Origin: Octopus vulgaris
Taxonomy: Eukaryota
DNA: 64,000 bases
Assembly: GCA_951406725.2 (NCBI GenBank)
Contig: OX597814.1
Coordinates: 30,752,001 to 30,816,000, forward strand
Direction: 5' to 3'
This document shows, piece after piece, positions 26,143-40,919 of this stretch (its first letter is position 1; each line of letters opens with the position of its first letter). The notes under the pieces were generated by a model. The model did not search any database, was not told the origin of the DNA, and saw nothing but the letters and a program-made list of their open reading frames with translations. The position numbers and the translations under genes were made by a program.

Positions 26143-27419
26143 GCACACAAAATACACGCGCAGTTATAGCTTTGAAACAGCAAGTAACAGAAAACAATGC
26201 CGATATTTCAAGAATTCGTTCCTCCCGGCGTTTCAATAAATTATATCTGACACACTTAAATATAAAAGTTATCTCTCATTCTTACAATTATTATAAACAA
26301 TAAACATATATTCCAATAAAAATTAAAATAAATAAATAAATAGCTAAATAAATATAAATAGCTTGGATACATTTGTAAGACATCTAATATTCGGTTTTAA
26401 AGTTGTACAGCGTCTTGAAAACAGCATTTAAATCTATTGCCTAGTGGCTATACTGGTCAAATCGTCATTTGTCTTAGCTGATTGCTTACAAATGAACATA
26501 TACAATTGAAGCTAAACCAGAACTTCTGAAAAACAACAGATGAATAATTAGATAAGAAACCAACTATATGAGACTGTATAAATAACAGTCGGTTTGCTTC
26601 ATTATCTTTAGCCTAGGTGGGCAGAGATTTTAATTTCCCGCGTAATATAATTCTCAGTTACTATTTATGCATGATGAATCATACGGTGCACTTTGATCAG
26701 CTTCCTCCATATTGTTGTTAATTGAGAACTTGGCTGAAGCAACCATATTCACAACTACCACCATGATTGGGACGCGTTTGATCATAAAGTCTGCTCGATC
26801 AGAATTGACCTAAGGCTAAGCAACAACATCAACAAGAACAACAACATTACAATCTACACACACACCACCATCAACAACAATGTCTTACATATACACCATC
26901 ACAATAAACAGTTCGCCATAATGATAAATAATAACTTACAACAATAACAGATGAACAATACTTAACGGGCAATAAAACGTATGTGAGAGTTTGTTTCTTG
27001 TAACATGGATGAAGAAATATAAAAAAAAAGGAAAAAAAAAACCTCGCAACATCAAAATAGTTAATCATTAACTGCATCGAAAAAAGAAAACTGGATGTTA
27101 CAATCACAACATAAACTGTGATAATACGAGGGGTAAAATAACAACAGATAAATCAATAATAATAAAACTAATAATAAAAGTAATACTCATTCTAACAAAG
27201 ACACAGCACAATAGATATTGGCTTAAGGTATAGTTAGTTAAATCAACTTCTGTACGAGATCAGTTCTTATTTATCGATATCGGAGAAGTGAAAGGCAAAC
27301 AATGATGTGATTTGAACTCGGAACGTATAAAAGACGTGCTACTTTACATTGCTCCACTGCATTTGTCTAATAAATATGATGAAGATGTTGATAATTTCTT
27401 ATATTGGTAAAGAACTCAG

Positions 27420-27465
<46 letters not shown>

Positions 27466-27489
27466 TTATTTTATTTTTTATTTTTTTTT

Positions 27490-27665
27490 TGTTTTTTCTT
27501 GTTCTTTTCTTCCCCTTTACGATCCCTCTTGATCGAAAACCTACGCCACCCCTTTTTTTTCTTTTTTCTTTCTTTTGTTTTTTGTTTTTTTCATCCCCCA
27601 AAAGAAAAGCTCTACCTTGTAACTTGTCCCATCTGTGTGCAGCCCTGTGTGGCCAATAAAGAAAC
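27490..27665 (+). mobile_element. 3' UTR fragment of a Tx1/L1-like element, inserted in (TATC)n
   Basis: Pyrimidine-rich UTR ending TTGTCCCATCTGTGTGCAGCCCTGTGTGGCCAATAAAGAAA, similar to the 3' ends at ~28760 and ~30070. (TATC)n flanks both sides. Confidence 0.55.
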
Positions 27666-27737
<72 letters not shown>

Positions 27738-27829
27738 ATCTATCTATCTGTCTGTCTAACTATCCATTGACATTAAAATCCACTCCATTGACATTAAACC
27801 CGCCAGATCCAGATATCAACTGGAAACTT

Positions 27830-28460
27830 CAACCGTGAAATCAGCTGGTTCTACCAAAGGAGATATAAAAGGGATTGAGGCTTGAGATTAGAACAGACAA
27901 CCTTCGAATGTCGTATAGTCTCTCTCAGACAGCACCTGCTAAGCAAGAGTACTAAAAATAAATAAACATAGTTTTGAAAAACGAAGTGAACGACGTCCTA
28001 CATGTGTGTAGTGAGCTCCTCCGGAAATACTCTTCCTAATGACCTCCCATACAAACCCAAAACACTTGGACTAACATACCTCAAAGTAGACTTGGATGTG
28101 AAACACTCATCATACCAAAAAGAAAATGACAATGCATGGCTATGTTTCCCGAAGACTTGAAGAAGACTAATATCGACAAGAAATGCAAACTTCCTAGAAC
28201 TTATGAAAGCTATACCACAAAGGGAGATTACTATGAAATACTTATTAAATAAAAGAGACAGTGAAGCAGTTGGAGCTCCAAGAGGCAACTGTAAATGTAG
28301 ATTATGTCATATTTCTGTATAAGACACCCACACATGTGATTAGCAGTTGCCCAAAAATTTCATAAAGTTACTACCTCCCTATGCGACACGAAGTCGTTAA
28401 AAAATTATACAGTACCATTCGAATAATCAAAGTGACTACCCACAAATTATACGGTATCAT
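27830..28460 (+). mobile_element. R4/Dong-clade fragment (post-RT region and CCHC zinc knuckle)
   Basis: QTTFECRIVSLRQHL, EITMKYLLNKR, CKCRLCH..HVISSCPKIS..YYLPMRHEVVKK. Confidence 0.75.
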
Positions 28461-28672
28461 TGGAATAATCAAAGTGACTACTCACCACCGTTATTGGATA
28501 CATACACAAACATCTACTCAAGAAAAGTTGTTGGAACATTTCCACCAAAACTTCTGTCAAATGGGTACCTGGTATACTCTTATCAGACGGGTAGTCATGA
28601 TGGGTATACTGGGCCTCGTATATTTGCACATCAGCTTCACTTCAATGACATGTGTTGCTCTCTCGCATAATG

Positions 28673-28732
<60 letters not shown>

Positions 28733-28756
28733 GTAATAATAATAATAAATAATAAT

Positions 28757-29342
28757 CCTATTTTTTATTAGCCACAAGGGTCGACAAAAATAAGATTGGA
28801 CATTACAAAACATGAAGGACAAAGTGGGGTTACATAAAGTGTCATGTGAAAAGTCAATAACAATGAAAAATATAACAAAGAAAATGCCTAAAAGAGGCAA
28901 GAAACACTGGGCTACTCATGGAGACCCCACATAAAACCCGCAAGCGCCACATCCACTAGGTCAACAACCCTTTCCTCATTTTTCTCTCTCGCAGCCTTGG
29001 AAACTCAAAAGCGCATTTTCAGAGTTGGCCCGTTGACACGGACCATCTTCGCCACATTCACGCACCTTTTAAAAAAATTGCTAGAAGTCAGTACTTCTCT
29101 CTCAACCCTCACTTTCCTTTCCAGATGGTATCTGAAAAAGTCGGTGAGGGGTAGGCCAGTATTTGTCTTCGGCCCTTTCAGTCTAGACCTCTTTCGTTAC
29201 AGCCACGGGACATGAAAATTTCCTTCCCTTGCCTGCCAAAGGAAGGCGTTGGAGCAATCTTCATGATGGAATCAGCCGAAAAGTTGAATGGGGGATAGGC
29301 CAAAGAGATAAGTATTTGTCTTCAGCCCTTTCAGTCTAGACC
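28757..29342 (-). mobile_element. Tx1/L1-clade 3' fragment in (TAA)n
   Basis: Minus-strand ORF2 C-terminus LTDFFRYHLERKVRVEREVLTSSNFFKRCVNVAKMVRVNGPTLKMRF*, resembling the C-terminus of the 30065-32215 element. The 3' end is CCCTTGTGGCTAATAAAAAATAG. Confidence 0.7.
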
Positions 29343-29349
29343 ACCACAC

Positions 29350-29612
29350 AACCTCTTTCATTGCGTGCCTATAATAACTGGTGCGTTGGGAACAGTAAAC
29401 AAAGATATAGACATATGGCTAAAAGAGATTGAAATAGAATGGCCGGTAGATCTCTTTACAGAAAGTTTGTCTCTTAGGGACAGCAAGGATTATCAGGATG
29501 GTTCTAACCATTTGAAAACTTCCGAAAACTTGTGGATACCTAAGGTTGCAGGTAGTAACCCGCACAAAAGTCCTACAAGGAATAAGACCAAACTTGAGCC
29601 AAACCAATAAGG
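29350..29612 (+). mobile_element. R4/Dong-clade 3' end (RLE C-terminus and UTR) followed by (TAA)n
   Basis: VPIITGALGTVNKDIDIWLKEIEI..LQKVCLLGTARIIRMVLTI* (one frameshift). It ends directly in (TAA)n. Confidence 0.82.
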
Positions 29613-29673
<61 letters not shown>

Positions 29674-29695
29674 CAATAATAATAATAATAATAAT

Positions 29696-29852
29696 TTTCT
29701 TAAGGTTTCTTAAACATTTTCTAGAACGACACTATGTACAAAACCAAATATATGGCACCCTAGGCACAACACCAGCATGAACTCCTAACTTGTTGTCACT
29801 TGAGGTCTCTGGGTGAGACTTGTACAAATGCAAAGCAAAAGTCAAACATGAA
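29696..29852 (+). mobile_element. Short 3'-UTR fragment of a probable Dong-like element, embedded in (TAA)n
   Basis: About 155 bp of unique sequence flanked by (TAA)n on both sides. The family assignment is inference. Confidence 0.45.
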
Positions 29853-29899
29853 ATAATAATAATAATAATAATAATAACAACAACAACAACAACAACAAT

Positions 29900-30006
<107 letters not shown>

Positions 30007-30064
30007 TAATAATGATAACGATGATGATGATTTATAATGATGATGATGATGATAATTATGATGA

Positions 30065-32215
30065 TGCTTTCTTTCATTAGACACAAAGGCATAGATGAGG
30101 GGAATCACACAGACAGTCAACGATTTGTGCGGGATTTACATAAAGAATAGGGAAAGAGAAATGGAAATGACGATAGAACACAATAAAATTATGCATAGTA
30201 TACAAAGTATGTGATTACATGAATGATGCAATCAGTTTAGTACAGGAGAAACCCCAGCTAATAACAACCAAGGAAAACCACAAATCTAAGATTATCCTGA
30301 CCACCAAAGGCACGAGCCCTCTCTCATGCTAGCCAATCTTCAATCGCATACTTAGAGTAGGGCCATTTACTCTAACCATTTTGCTACAGTCACTCATACT
30401 TTCACAAATTCATTGGGAAGGAGCACTTCCCTTTCCAAGTGAAACTTCAAAAAGTCGTTGAGAGCTTGACCGAAGAGTAAGGCGTCTTTTCTAAATCGCT
30501 TCTACTTCGTCCACGACACAAGCCCTTTCATCATAGCCACTAGACAGAAGAACACTACCTGTCCTGCCTTGTTAAAGTGAGTTTGTGGGGAGATCCTTAA
30601 TTGGGATTCAGCCAATAATCGGATTCGTTCTACATGCAATAACAGCTGTTCGACATAGCCCCAGAAGTCGTCAATCCTCGGTCACTGCACAAGTACACGC
30701 AGAACAGTTTCGTCGCTTTGTGCGCACCTTATACACTCCTGTCTAGCAGCACTTTTATAACTTTAGAGTATATCACGAGCTGGCAGTGCCCTTCCGCAGC
30801 ACTGCCACGCCAGGGAGTTCTGGAAACTATCCGTGGTAGTAGCGGACTCGAAAGTTCTTCGAAACAAATCAGCTATTTCATCCTCGTCAGCATCTAGATT
30901 TTCCTGGAGAACGTTATCGCTCTTACACACCACTAAATTTCTATATATTGCTATCGTAGAATTTCCACCTACCGTATTGCCCGACTAGTAGAGAGCAGTG
31001 AGCGCTTAACAACATTCCAGATGCCAGGAATCCGATCTTGGTATGTTCTTGACGCAGGATTGCAGGTTTGTCAAAGAGATGAGCTACGGAGAGGCGAGTT
31101 GCAAACGGAAACCACACCAGCTCACCGTGCAGGAAAATCTGGAAGTGGCCTAGCCGGAGCGCATGTTTGCTCATTAGCAGCGACAGCATGCCAAGTCCGC
31201 CATCCAGAGGGCACTGGCAACATATGGACTACTTGACAAATGGGGAGCATCCTTTCCACAGGGAGTGGAAAAGTAAACGTTCCAATCCGGCTAAACGTGG
31301 ACTTGAGCAAGGCACAATGGTGGGGCGGTAAGTTATTAAGCAAGTCATGTAAGCATTTTCCACCTCTGCTCAACCTTTCAGGGGTAATTTCCTCTCGGCC
31401 TGTTTCTGAGTTAGATTGGCCGCCCTACTTGTAATCTCATCTCGGTTCTTGTTCACCTGTAGTTCCGGGCTAAGCCAGATATCGAAGAATTTCACCGGTC
31501 CGTCTTTCTATCAACCTACTATGTTATTCGTTGACATAGACTTGTCTTTCTAGTTGCCTAGCCACAAGCTCCTGGCATCACCTTGTATTCCTTTACAAAA
31601 GAATCACAACCTGAACATCCGCGGTGTCTAACATCATAACCATGAAGCCATCTATATACGCCGACACAGCTCTCCTGCGTCCCAGTGCGAAAGAGATGCC
31701 CCTCAAAAGTTCTAGCTTCCGTAGCCAAAGCCCGAGCATCAGAACGTATAAAAGAGATAAGAGAGGACACTCGAGGATCGAACGTGCGATATGAAACGAT
31801 TTTGAGTGTTGAATGTTTACTTCTACCACTCAGTAAGCGCTAGTGTGCATTGCTGCGATCCACCCACTGAAAACTGGTCCGAAATCGGTTACTTTTAGGG
31901 CTGTTGTCAAGTAACGATGGTCGAGCCTACCGAAGGCTTTTGTTCAGAACCCCAGCGATGCCATATTTTCCACTCACTCTCTCTATGACGTAAAGCAACA
32001 GGTGGAGGTTGTCGTAGACGGATCTACTGGGGATTACACACGTTAGAGCTTTTCTGACTAAACCAATCCATGAGAATTGCTAACCTCTTTGCTAACATCT
32101 TGGCTAAACTTTTAAACTCTGCACATACCAAGCTTATGGGCCAAACATTGTCTACAACACCCCCTATATTGGCGTCCTTACTCGGCAAGGTTAGCACACC
32201 TCGGCTGACAGACCT
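30065..32215 (-). mobile_element. 5'-truncated, decayed Tx1/L1-clade LINE ORF2 (RT plus zf-RVT) with 3' UTR
   Basis: Minus strand: WPISLVCAEFKSLAKMLAKRLA (~32150), KAFGRLDHRYL..AL..FGPVFSGWIAAM (~31940), CPLLSLLYVLML (cf. QGCPLSPLLY), SAYIDG (YADD), AWQC..ALPARD..CIRCAQSDETVL (zf-RVT). Confidence 0.88.
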
Positions 32216-32827
32216 AGCAAGAGCAACAAAAATAACAACAACAACTACAATAACAATAACAGCAACAACAATATATTATATATATAATAATATATATATG
32301 AACGAAGCAAATAAATACAACAATAAGGTTTGTTGAATGTGTTACTATTGATATAAGGTTAAGAAAATTTGGTTCTATTATTTAGATAGACGTAAAGCAA
32401 ACAAAATGGTAATCGAATAATGTATTGTATTTGCACTCAGTATTTGCATGAAAATATTATTGAAAATATATTGAAAAAGGGTAAAAACTATAAAAATAGA
32501 AAAGCATGAAAGAAAACATTTCGAGAAATTTTTAAAGAAATGTCTAATCGAATAAGTTGCACTAATTTACTTTTATGTACCACTTTCAAATGTATGTATG
32601 TATGTATGTATGTATGTATGTATGTATGTATGTATGTATGTATGTATGTATGTATGTATGTATGTATGCATGTACGTATGTATGTATGTATATATGTATG
32701 TGTGTATATGTATGCATACATATACAAATGTGAATGTATATGGATATAAATAAGTGTGCATATATGTATATAAATATGAATATGCATGTGTGTATACATG
32801 CATATATGTATGTGATATATGCACATG

Positions 32828-32912
<85 letters not shown>

Positions 32913-32929
32913 ATATATATATATATATT

Positions 32930-33277
<348 letters not shown>

Positions 33278-33294
33278 TCATATGTTAGCATGCC

Positions 33295-34210
33295 GGAGCA
33301 CCGCCACAGTGTTAAAGTCCGTCTTGCATCCATGATTTAGACATTGTTGCTCTCATCTATAGCAGAATATAAGTTCGCCTGAGTTTGTGCACACCGGTAT
33401 ATCCAGATCATCTGAAAATGCTGATATACACTCCTCATATATTCTTTATATTATGAGGAAGAAACCGAATACCTGCCATTCCACCTAACTCTGGTAGTAT
33501 TACTTATTTGGGAAGGAGGCTCTTGAAACTCTTGGATCTGTACAATGCCATTCTGTTCGAGCTTGCATAGTTTGTAATGCTTAGAGCTTGACGCATTTTC
33601 TTCCAAGACTTCCAAGACATAAATAGATGATTGCATGTCATTCCGTTCTTTGTTCCAAAGTAAATATCCTCTAAGCTTACAACCTCTCCTAAATGCTCAC
33701 CTGGTGTACGAAATCATTTTCCTTTTTGAGTAGGTTCTTTGGATTCCCACCGGTTAAATAGCAATTTTGGTTGTATGAGATGATAATGGATGAAAGCAAC
33801 GATTATATCTTCCAGAGGATAAGCATGATCATTTGTGCTCTTGTTCTGAATATTATTAGGATCCATGCTAATCTTCTGCACGTTTTCATCATTTTCGTAG
33901 AATGCACATGCAACGATGTCTCATTATTCTTTACAATATCCAGGCCCTGCACAGCTTTTAACAATGGTACTGCCATTTCTTCGGTTCTGTATATTCAGAT
34001 ACTTATGTTCCGAAGGAAGGATAACGTAGCAATACATAATTATTTTGCATTGAATTGTTGCTCATCTTTACACGACCCTAGATCTATCTAAAGACTTTTG
34101 ATATCTTCAAGTTTTTTTTACTGATACCTAAATGTTTTTACCATCAGCAAACCTTATGGGAAGGGGTGCAATACCAAATTTAGATAGGACTATTGTAAAC
34201 AATATAGCTT
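33295..34210 (-). mobile_element. Decayed CR1/L2-group LINE, 3' part
   Basis: Minus strand: FADG (~34150), LRIFTLEQR..SIYVLEVLE (cf. YSLERRRERY.IIY.WKILE), and a GPRLFNSLP-like segment near 33520. Confidence 0.6.
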
Positions 34211-34235
34211 CAAGACAGTTTTTGTTATAGCTCGC

Positions 34236-34304
<69 letters not shown>

Positions 34305-34329
34305 AGGAAAGAGAGTGAGTTATTTTGCG

Positions 34330-34880
34330 CTGTAGTTGAGGCTCGTCACAATGTCGAAATCGTCCTATAAGTGTCATTGACGAGCCTCATCTAGAGCGAA
34401 ATACGTAGCCTCAATTGCAACGTTTCGTTTCGTATAACTTTGAAGTATATCTTTTAAACAACATACGTCTTCAAAGGGATTTTTCCCGGCCGAAAAACCG
34501 CAGCTTCTGGCTTTTAAACAACACCTACATTAAGTATGTTGTATAGACAATATTTTCGTTATAGAGCATTTATTCGCTTATGTAGCGTCATCACAAACCA
34601 GTCGATAGTTTATGCCCCATCTGTTCATACTTCATAATACCAGGTTTGACTTAAAAGTAACACATGTATACGGCATTGATAAGCTGCAAAGATGGCGAAA
34701 TGCATTTCTGTCGCTTTCGTAATCTCTTCTGAGGTAATTTCGTTTCGCTTAGCTCAGAAGTATATTGTGTATTTTTTAACACTATGTGCCTTTAAAGGCG
34801 TATTTTTCCCCGACGCAAATCTCAGCTTCTGGCATTTGAACAACGCACATACGTTATGTATGTTGTATCGATAATATGTG
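34330..34880 (+). repeat. Two diverged tandem units of ~300-320 bp, each with a decayed hammerhead-like motif
   Basis: CATTGACGAGC..GCGAAATACGTA (34375) versus CATTGATAAGC..GCGAAATGCATT (34674). TTTCGTTTCG occurs at 34423 and 34738, and CAGCTTCTGGC..GTATGTTGTAT at 34501 and 34823. Confidence 0.55.
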
Positions 34881-34895
34881 TGCGCGTGTGTTTGT

Positions 34896-34938
<43 letters not shown>

Positions 34939-35163
34939 TGTGTGTACACATATATGTGAGTGTACTTCTGTGTTTGTACGTTCTGACGATGCACAGAACA
35001 ACATAAAATACACTTATACATCCATGCACATATGTACATATGGAGAAATAGTGATACGCAAAAATGGGAAAGAATCCATACAAATATACATACCAACAGA
35101 CAAACGTAAAAACATACATAACTACACACACACACACACGCGCACACACACACACAAACACAG

Positions 35164-35200
<37 letters not shown>

Positions 35201-35283
35201 CATGCGTGTGTGTGTGTGTGTGTGAAAGGTATGTATGAATGTAAGTATGCATATATACATATATCTCTTTTTCTCTCCCTCTG

Positions 35284-35406
<123 letters not shown>

Positions 35407-35458
35407 CTATATACATATGCAGAAAGGGAGAATGAGAGAGAGAGAGAGAGAGAAAGAG

Positions 35459-35496
<38 letters not shown>

Positions 35497-36039
35497 ACAG
35501 AACGGAAGAAAGGGATGTAGTAGAGTGCTACCTGTGTATATAAAATAAATAAACAATTAAAAAAATTCTCAGTAATAATAGAGAATAAACAAATCTGGGT
35601 CTGAGGTAAAAATACATGCTTAGCTTTGATCGCTGAAAGAACGGTTCAATGTTTATCAATATTACCGTATAAATATTTTGAAAACAATATTTGAAAACTT
35701 CTGGGAATTTTTTGAACCTTTGGGTTATGAGTACACGATATATAGATTGTTTTGTATTTTTTAATTATTTTATTTGATCTTCTCCATTCTTTGTTTCGTC
35801 ATGTATTATTGTTTGTGTTTTTTTTGTTAGTTGGGTCTTTGGTTTTTTAAATTCTTTGTTTAGTCATGTTTATGTTCGAAGAAAAATTCCCTACAAAAGG
35901 AAACAATAAGTAATCAAAATAAAGGAGTGTATACATACATACGTACATACATACATACATACATACATACATACATACATACATACACATAAGCACACAT
36001 GCATATACATACATATACACACGCATATATATATATATA

Positions 36040-36104
<65 letters not shown>

Positions 36105-36163
36105 GTATATATATATATATATATACATACATATATATACGTATATATGTATATATATGTATA

Positions 36164-36233
<70 letters not shown>

Positions 36234-36504
36234 CAGAAATACATGTAAGTGTGTGTGTATGTGCGTATGTGTATTCGGAAGAAAAACAAAGATAAGAATC
36301 AAGAATCAAAGCTTCGTTAAAAAAAAAAACAAGAACAAAAAGACAAACAAAGAAACAATCCTATGACAAAAGGTAATAAAAATTAACGAGAAAATGAAGG
36401 AAGACGAGAAAAGATATAAAATTATATTTTACAAAATAGTTCAAATATAAATGAACATTTGTATGTTTTTTTTTAATCACACCAAACACATGCACTGAAA
36501 ATAT

Positions 36505-36506
36505 TT

Positions 36507-36581
<75 letters not shown>

Positions 36582-36587
36582 TAAATG

Positions 36588-36647
<60 letters not shown>

Positions 36648-36804
36648 TAAATGATGATAATAATAATAATAATAATAACAATAACAATAACTACAACAAC
36701 AACAACTACAACAACAACAACAACAATAATAATAATAATAATAATAATTGATGTTAATAATAATGATAATGATGCTGATGATAATAACAACATTAATAAT
36801 AACA

Positions 36805-36845
<41 letters not shown>

Positions 36846-36914
36846 AAGAATGATGGTGATAATAATAATTACAATAAAAAATATAGAGAAGATAGGGAGA
36901 GAACGCGAGAGAGA

Positions 36915-36980
<66 letters not shown>
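36505..36980. repeat. Compound (TAA)n/(CAA)n/(GAT)n/(GA)n microsatellite
   Basis: Seen directly. Confidence 0.95.
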
Positions 36981-37692
36981 AGGTTAGGGGAGAGGGAGCA
37001 AATTGAAGAACATATAACAGTTTTATTGTTGTTTTGAAATTAGAATAAAATTTGCTAATATAATGATAATAGTAGCAAACTATATTCAGAATATCTTAGA
37101 TGGATTATAATAATGATGATAATACAAAAATAATGGCAAAAATAACAATAGTGGTGTTAGTAAAAATAACAACAATTATATTAGCAGTGGAGATAATGAT
37201 GATAATAATAATATTTGCTTTTGATATAGGCGCAAATCTGGTGGCTAAAAATCTGGTGGATTTCGTTCATTAGATCTTGTATTTATCACAAAGGCAACAG
37301 TGATATAAAACATTTAAATTTAGTGGGAAAGAAGGAACAGTTCGGAAAGTACATCAATAATTAAAGTACAAAGGACTAAATATGAAATATTCAAGGTAAA
37401 ACTATGCATCGATGACCACACACACACACACACACACACACTCATACACACACAGAACATACATATGCATACATACACACATACACGCACATATATATAC
37501 TCCGCAACAGCACAAAATACTGATATTACATATAATTTCTTCGTGGACAATCTAAGGATGTATGTTGGAGATATTTACAATGCCAAAAATAGCTGGATTT
37601 AAATGCAATATTTTCCACTGACATAGGGAAAGGATATTGGCTGATATTGGCCAAAGGAAATGTTAATATTTAAGAAGTGAATGTGGGAAAAA

Positions 37693-37800
37693 CGACCGCG
37701 TCACCGCCGCCGCTCCGCAACCGACGCCGCAACCACGCCGCGACCGCCCCAGCGAGGGGGACGGCAGCCGGACGCGGCCGCAGTGCCGGACGCGAAGGAG
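37693..37800. other. 108-bp GC- and CpG-rich segment of unknown origin
   Basis: Hand count gives ~80% GC and ~23 CpG, with sharp edges against AT-rich flanks. Confidence 0.85.
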
Positions 37801-38702
37801 AATCTTTGCGTTTGTGATCCATATTCTACAGAATAAGTTTTCCCTGTTCTGCAGAATAAATACTACAGATATCTAGGCAGATATCTGTAGTATTATAAAA
37901 AGAAGCCAGAAGAATATATAGTAACACATACAAGCATACACGCGTGCCCAACACACACATACATACATACAGGCAGACACACACACACACGCTCACAAGC
38001 ACACACATACACACCAACATTTGGAATAATCAACAGATCTATAAAGGAGATCCACTTCATAGACATTAAAACCCCCAAGATCCTTATATGAATTGCAAAT
38101 TTTCACGGACAAAGTGATGCTGATAGAATCCACCACAGAAAGGAATAGGGAATAACAGGCTCACGACCATTACAGGTAGCGTTTGAATGTCATATGATAT
38201 CACAATAGACAGCACCTGACAAGCTGTAATAGCAAAAATAAGCAGATCAATGAAATGCTCAAAAAATTCAAGTGAATATCATCATGTGGTGGGCAGTGAA
38301 CGTCCCAGGAAACGTTCACTTTGTCTCCGCCTCCTTTACGAAACCAGACGTGCAGGGCTTGCATATCACAACATAGATCTGGAGAAAAAAAAAAACGCTA
38401 AACATTACAAAAAGGCTATGCATGTGTATGTTTCTCGTAAACTTGAAAAGATAATATGAAGTGTAGCCTCTATTTGACTTGTGATCGCAACATCACGTCA
38501 CATCCCAAGGTTATACTTTTGCAATCCTGGAGCAGGAAATAACTCCTGGACAAGGAGGCCTTTAAAATCCCAAGATGCAATTGCATTTATGTCACTCTTT
38601 TATGAAGGACATACACGTGCAATCAACAGCTGCCCAAAAATATCATTGGTGCACTGTGTTCCATTGCGACATAATGTTGCTAAAACAAATATTCGTTGTA
38701 AG

Positions 38703-38919
38703 TAAGGCGGCGAGTTGGCAGAAACGTTAGCACGCCGGGCGAAATGCTTAGCAGTATTTCGTCTTTCTTTACGTTCTGAGTTCAAATTCCGCCGAAGTCG
38801 ACTTTGCCTTTCATCCTTTCCGGGGTCGATAAATTAAGTACCAGTTGCGTTCTAGGGCTATCTAATCGACTGTCCCCCTCCACTAAAATTTCGGGCTTTG
38901 TGCCTGGAGTAGAAAAGAC
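38703..38919 (+). mobile_element. SINE family B monomer (tail type 2) with TSD
   Basis: TSD TATTCGTTGTA (38690-38700) / TATTCATTGTA (38920-38930). Confidence 0.92.
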
Positions 38920-39019
38920 TATTCATTGTATGTTGTTGCCAAAACAATATACAATGTCGTCCGCGAAAAGGACAGCCTTGGGATAAATAAAAAAAAACAT
39001 CTCTTTTCTGGAATACATA

Positions 39020-39446
39020 TACTCTTTACTCTCTTTTACTCTTTTACTTGTTTCAGTCATTTGACTGCGGCCATGCTGGAGCACCGCCTTTAGTCGAGCA
39101 ACTCGACCCCGGGACTTATTCTTTTTGTAAGCCCAGTACTTAGTCTATCGGTCTCTTTTTGCCGAACCGCTAAGTGACGGGGAAATAAACACACCAGCAT
39201 CGGTGGTTGTCAAGCGATGCTAGGGGAACAAACACAGACACACAAACATATATACACACACATACATATATATATATACATACATACGACAGGCTTCTTT
39301 CAGTTTCCGTCTACCAAATCCACTCACAAGGCATTGGTCGGCCCGGGGCTATAGCAGAAGACACTTGCCCAAGATGCCACGCAGTGGGACTGAACCCGGA
39401 ACCATGTGGTTGGTTAGCAAGCTACTTACCACACAGCCACTCCTGC
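39020..39446 (-). mobile_element. SINE family A, full length, young
   Basis: Complete reverse complement from the (TACTCTTT)n tail to the CACAGCCACTCCTGC head. Confidence 0.95.
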
Positions 39447-39639
39447 AACATTCCCATAAAAAATTCTACCAAATACCATATATAACAAGCTTTGCATAGC
39501 TAATTGTGTAAGAAAAGAAAAATTTTGTACGTAGAAGTTAGTTGATATGTATATAGGAACATCTCATTCAAAACCAACTAGAAGTAGAAAATTTATGGAA
39601 ACCTGTTTTGGAACATTCACAGTCATCTACACACACACA

Positions 39640-40060
39640 CACACACACGCACAAAGAGCGTGTGTTGAGGATGAGGATGTTAAACCAGGTGGTATGTTGG
39701 GTCTGCCACTTAAGCTGAGCCAGAGCAATGAACTGAGCGAAAGAATATTTAACAAACACAGATGTCATAGGCACATAGTAACTGTGCATCAACAGGTAAG
39801 TCATTCCGGAACCCTTGCATCGGAGTAAGTGTTAGCAGCTGATGAGACTTCTCATCAAAGAAAGCTTTCCCTTCAGCAAGAGGACCAAAACAAGGTATCT
39901 CATTTGGCAAAGAAATTTCCTGGGTTACGTTACAGCTCTCAAGTGGTTAGTGTATCACTGAAGTGATAAAAGCGGTTCAAATTCTGTATGAAGAGTCGAA
40001 TGCTTACATTTTTTAGAATTTAAACGTTCAGTACTCGAAAACTTTGGTAAAGAGGACAAT
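39640..40060 (-). mobile_element. Decayed RTE-clade LINE 3' end
   Basis: Minus-strand remnants LESCNVT..LAEGKAFFDEK (cf. RTE LK.CNI..W.....R..W....G...FE), ending in a (TG)n tail. Confidence 0.4.
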
Positions 40061-40104
40061 AAATCATCTAGAGTATAAATTCAAGTTAATTAATTAATTA
40101 ATTA

Positions 40105-40426
<322 letters not shown>

Positions 40427-40919
40427 TTTTTAAACCCATGTAGAAATTAGAATCAGCATTAGGTGAGAGGTTTATATACAATCAGATCAGGAAAATTACA
40501 AATTAATGAAGATCCGTTCACCAGTTAGCATATTTCTCTAAAGTAAACAAACGTAGAATTCTTTTAAAAGGTTTATACTCTTAACTGGAAACCAAACTAT
40601 ACACCTACTTTCACTTTGTAGAAGCAGTAATATTGGCATAGTAATAGTAACAATTCATCTGCGCAAGGATTAAGAAATATCATTAAGTAAACAAGAATGT
40701 AACATTAATATTTCAACCTTTCCCTGCGGTGTTATAGCACCAAGAATTAACCAGACTGATCAGGAACAACACAGCGACTACAACACCAACAGCAACGACA
40801 ACTAGGAAGCAAAGTAATAACAAAAACAATGAAGTTAATGATTAAAAATAATAACAATAAATACACAATGCAATATAGAGTAAACATATCATTTTTATTA
40901 AATGATCCACTACAAATAG

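Noticed and set aside
38040-38460. Possible LINE C-terminal remnant (YHHVVGSERPRKR)
   Set aside because: The similarity to RTE/L2 GRP motifs is too weak to call by eye.
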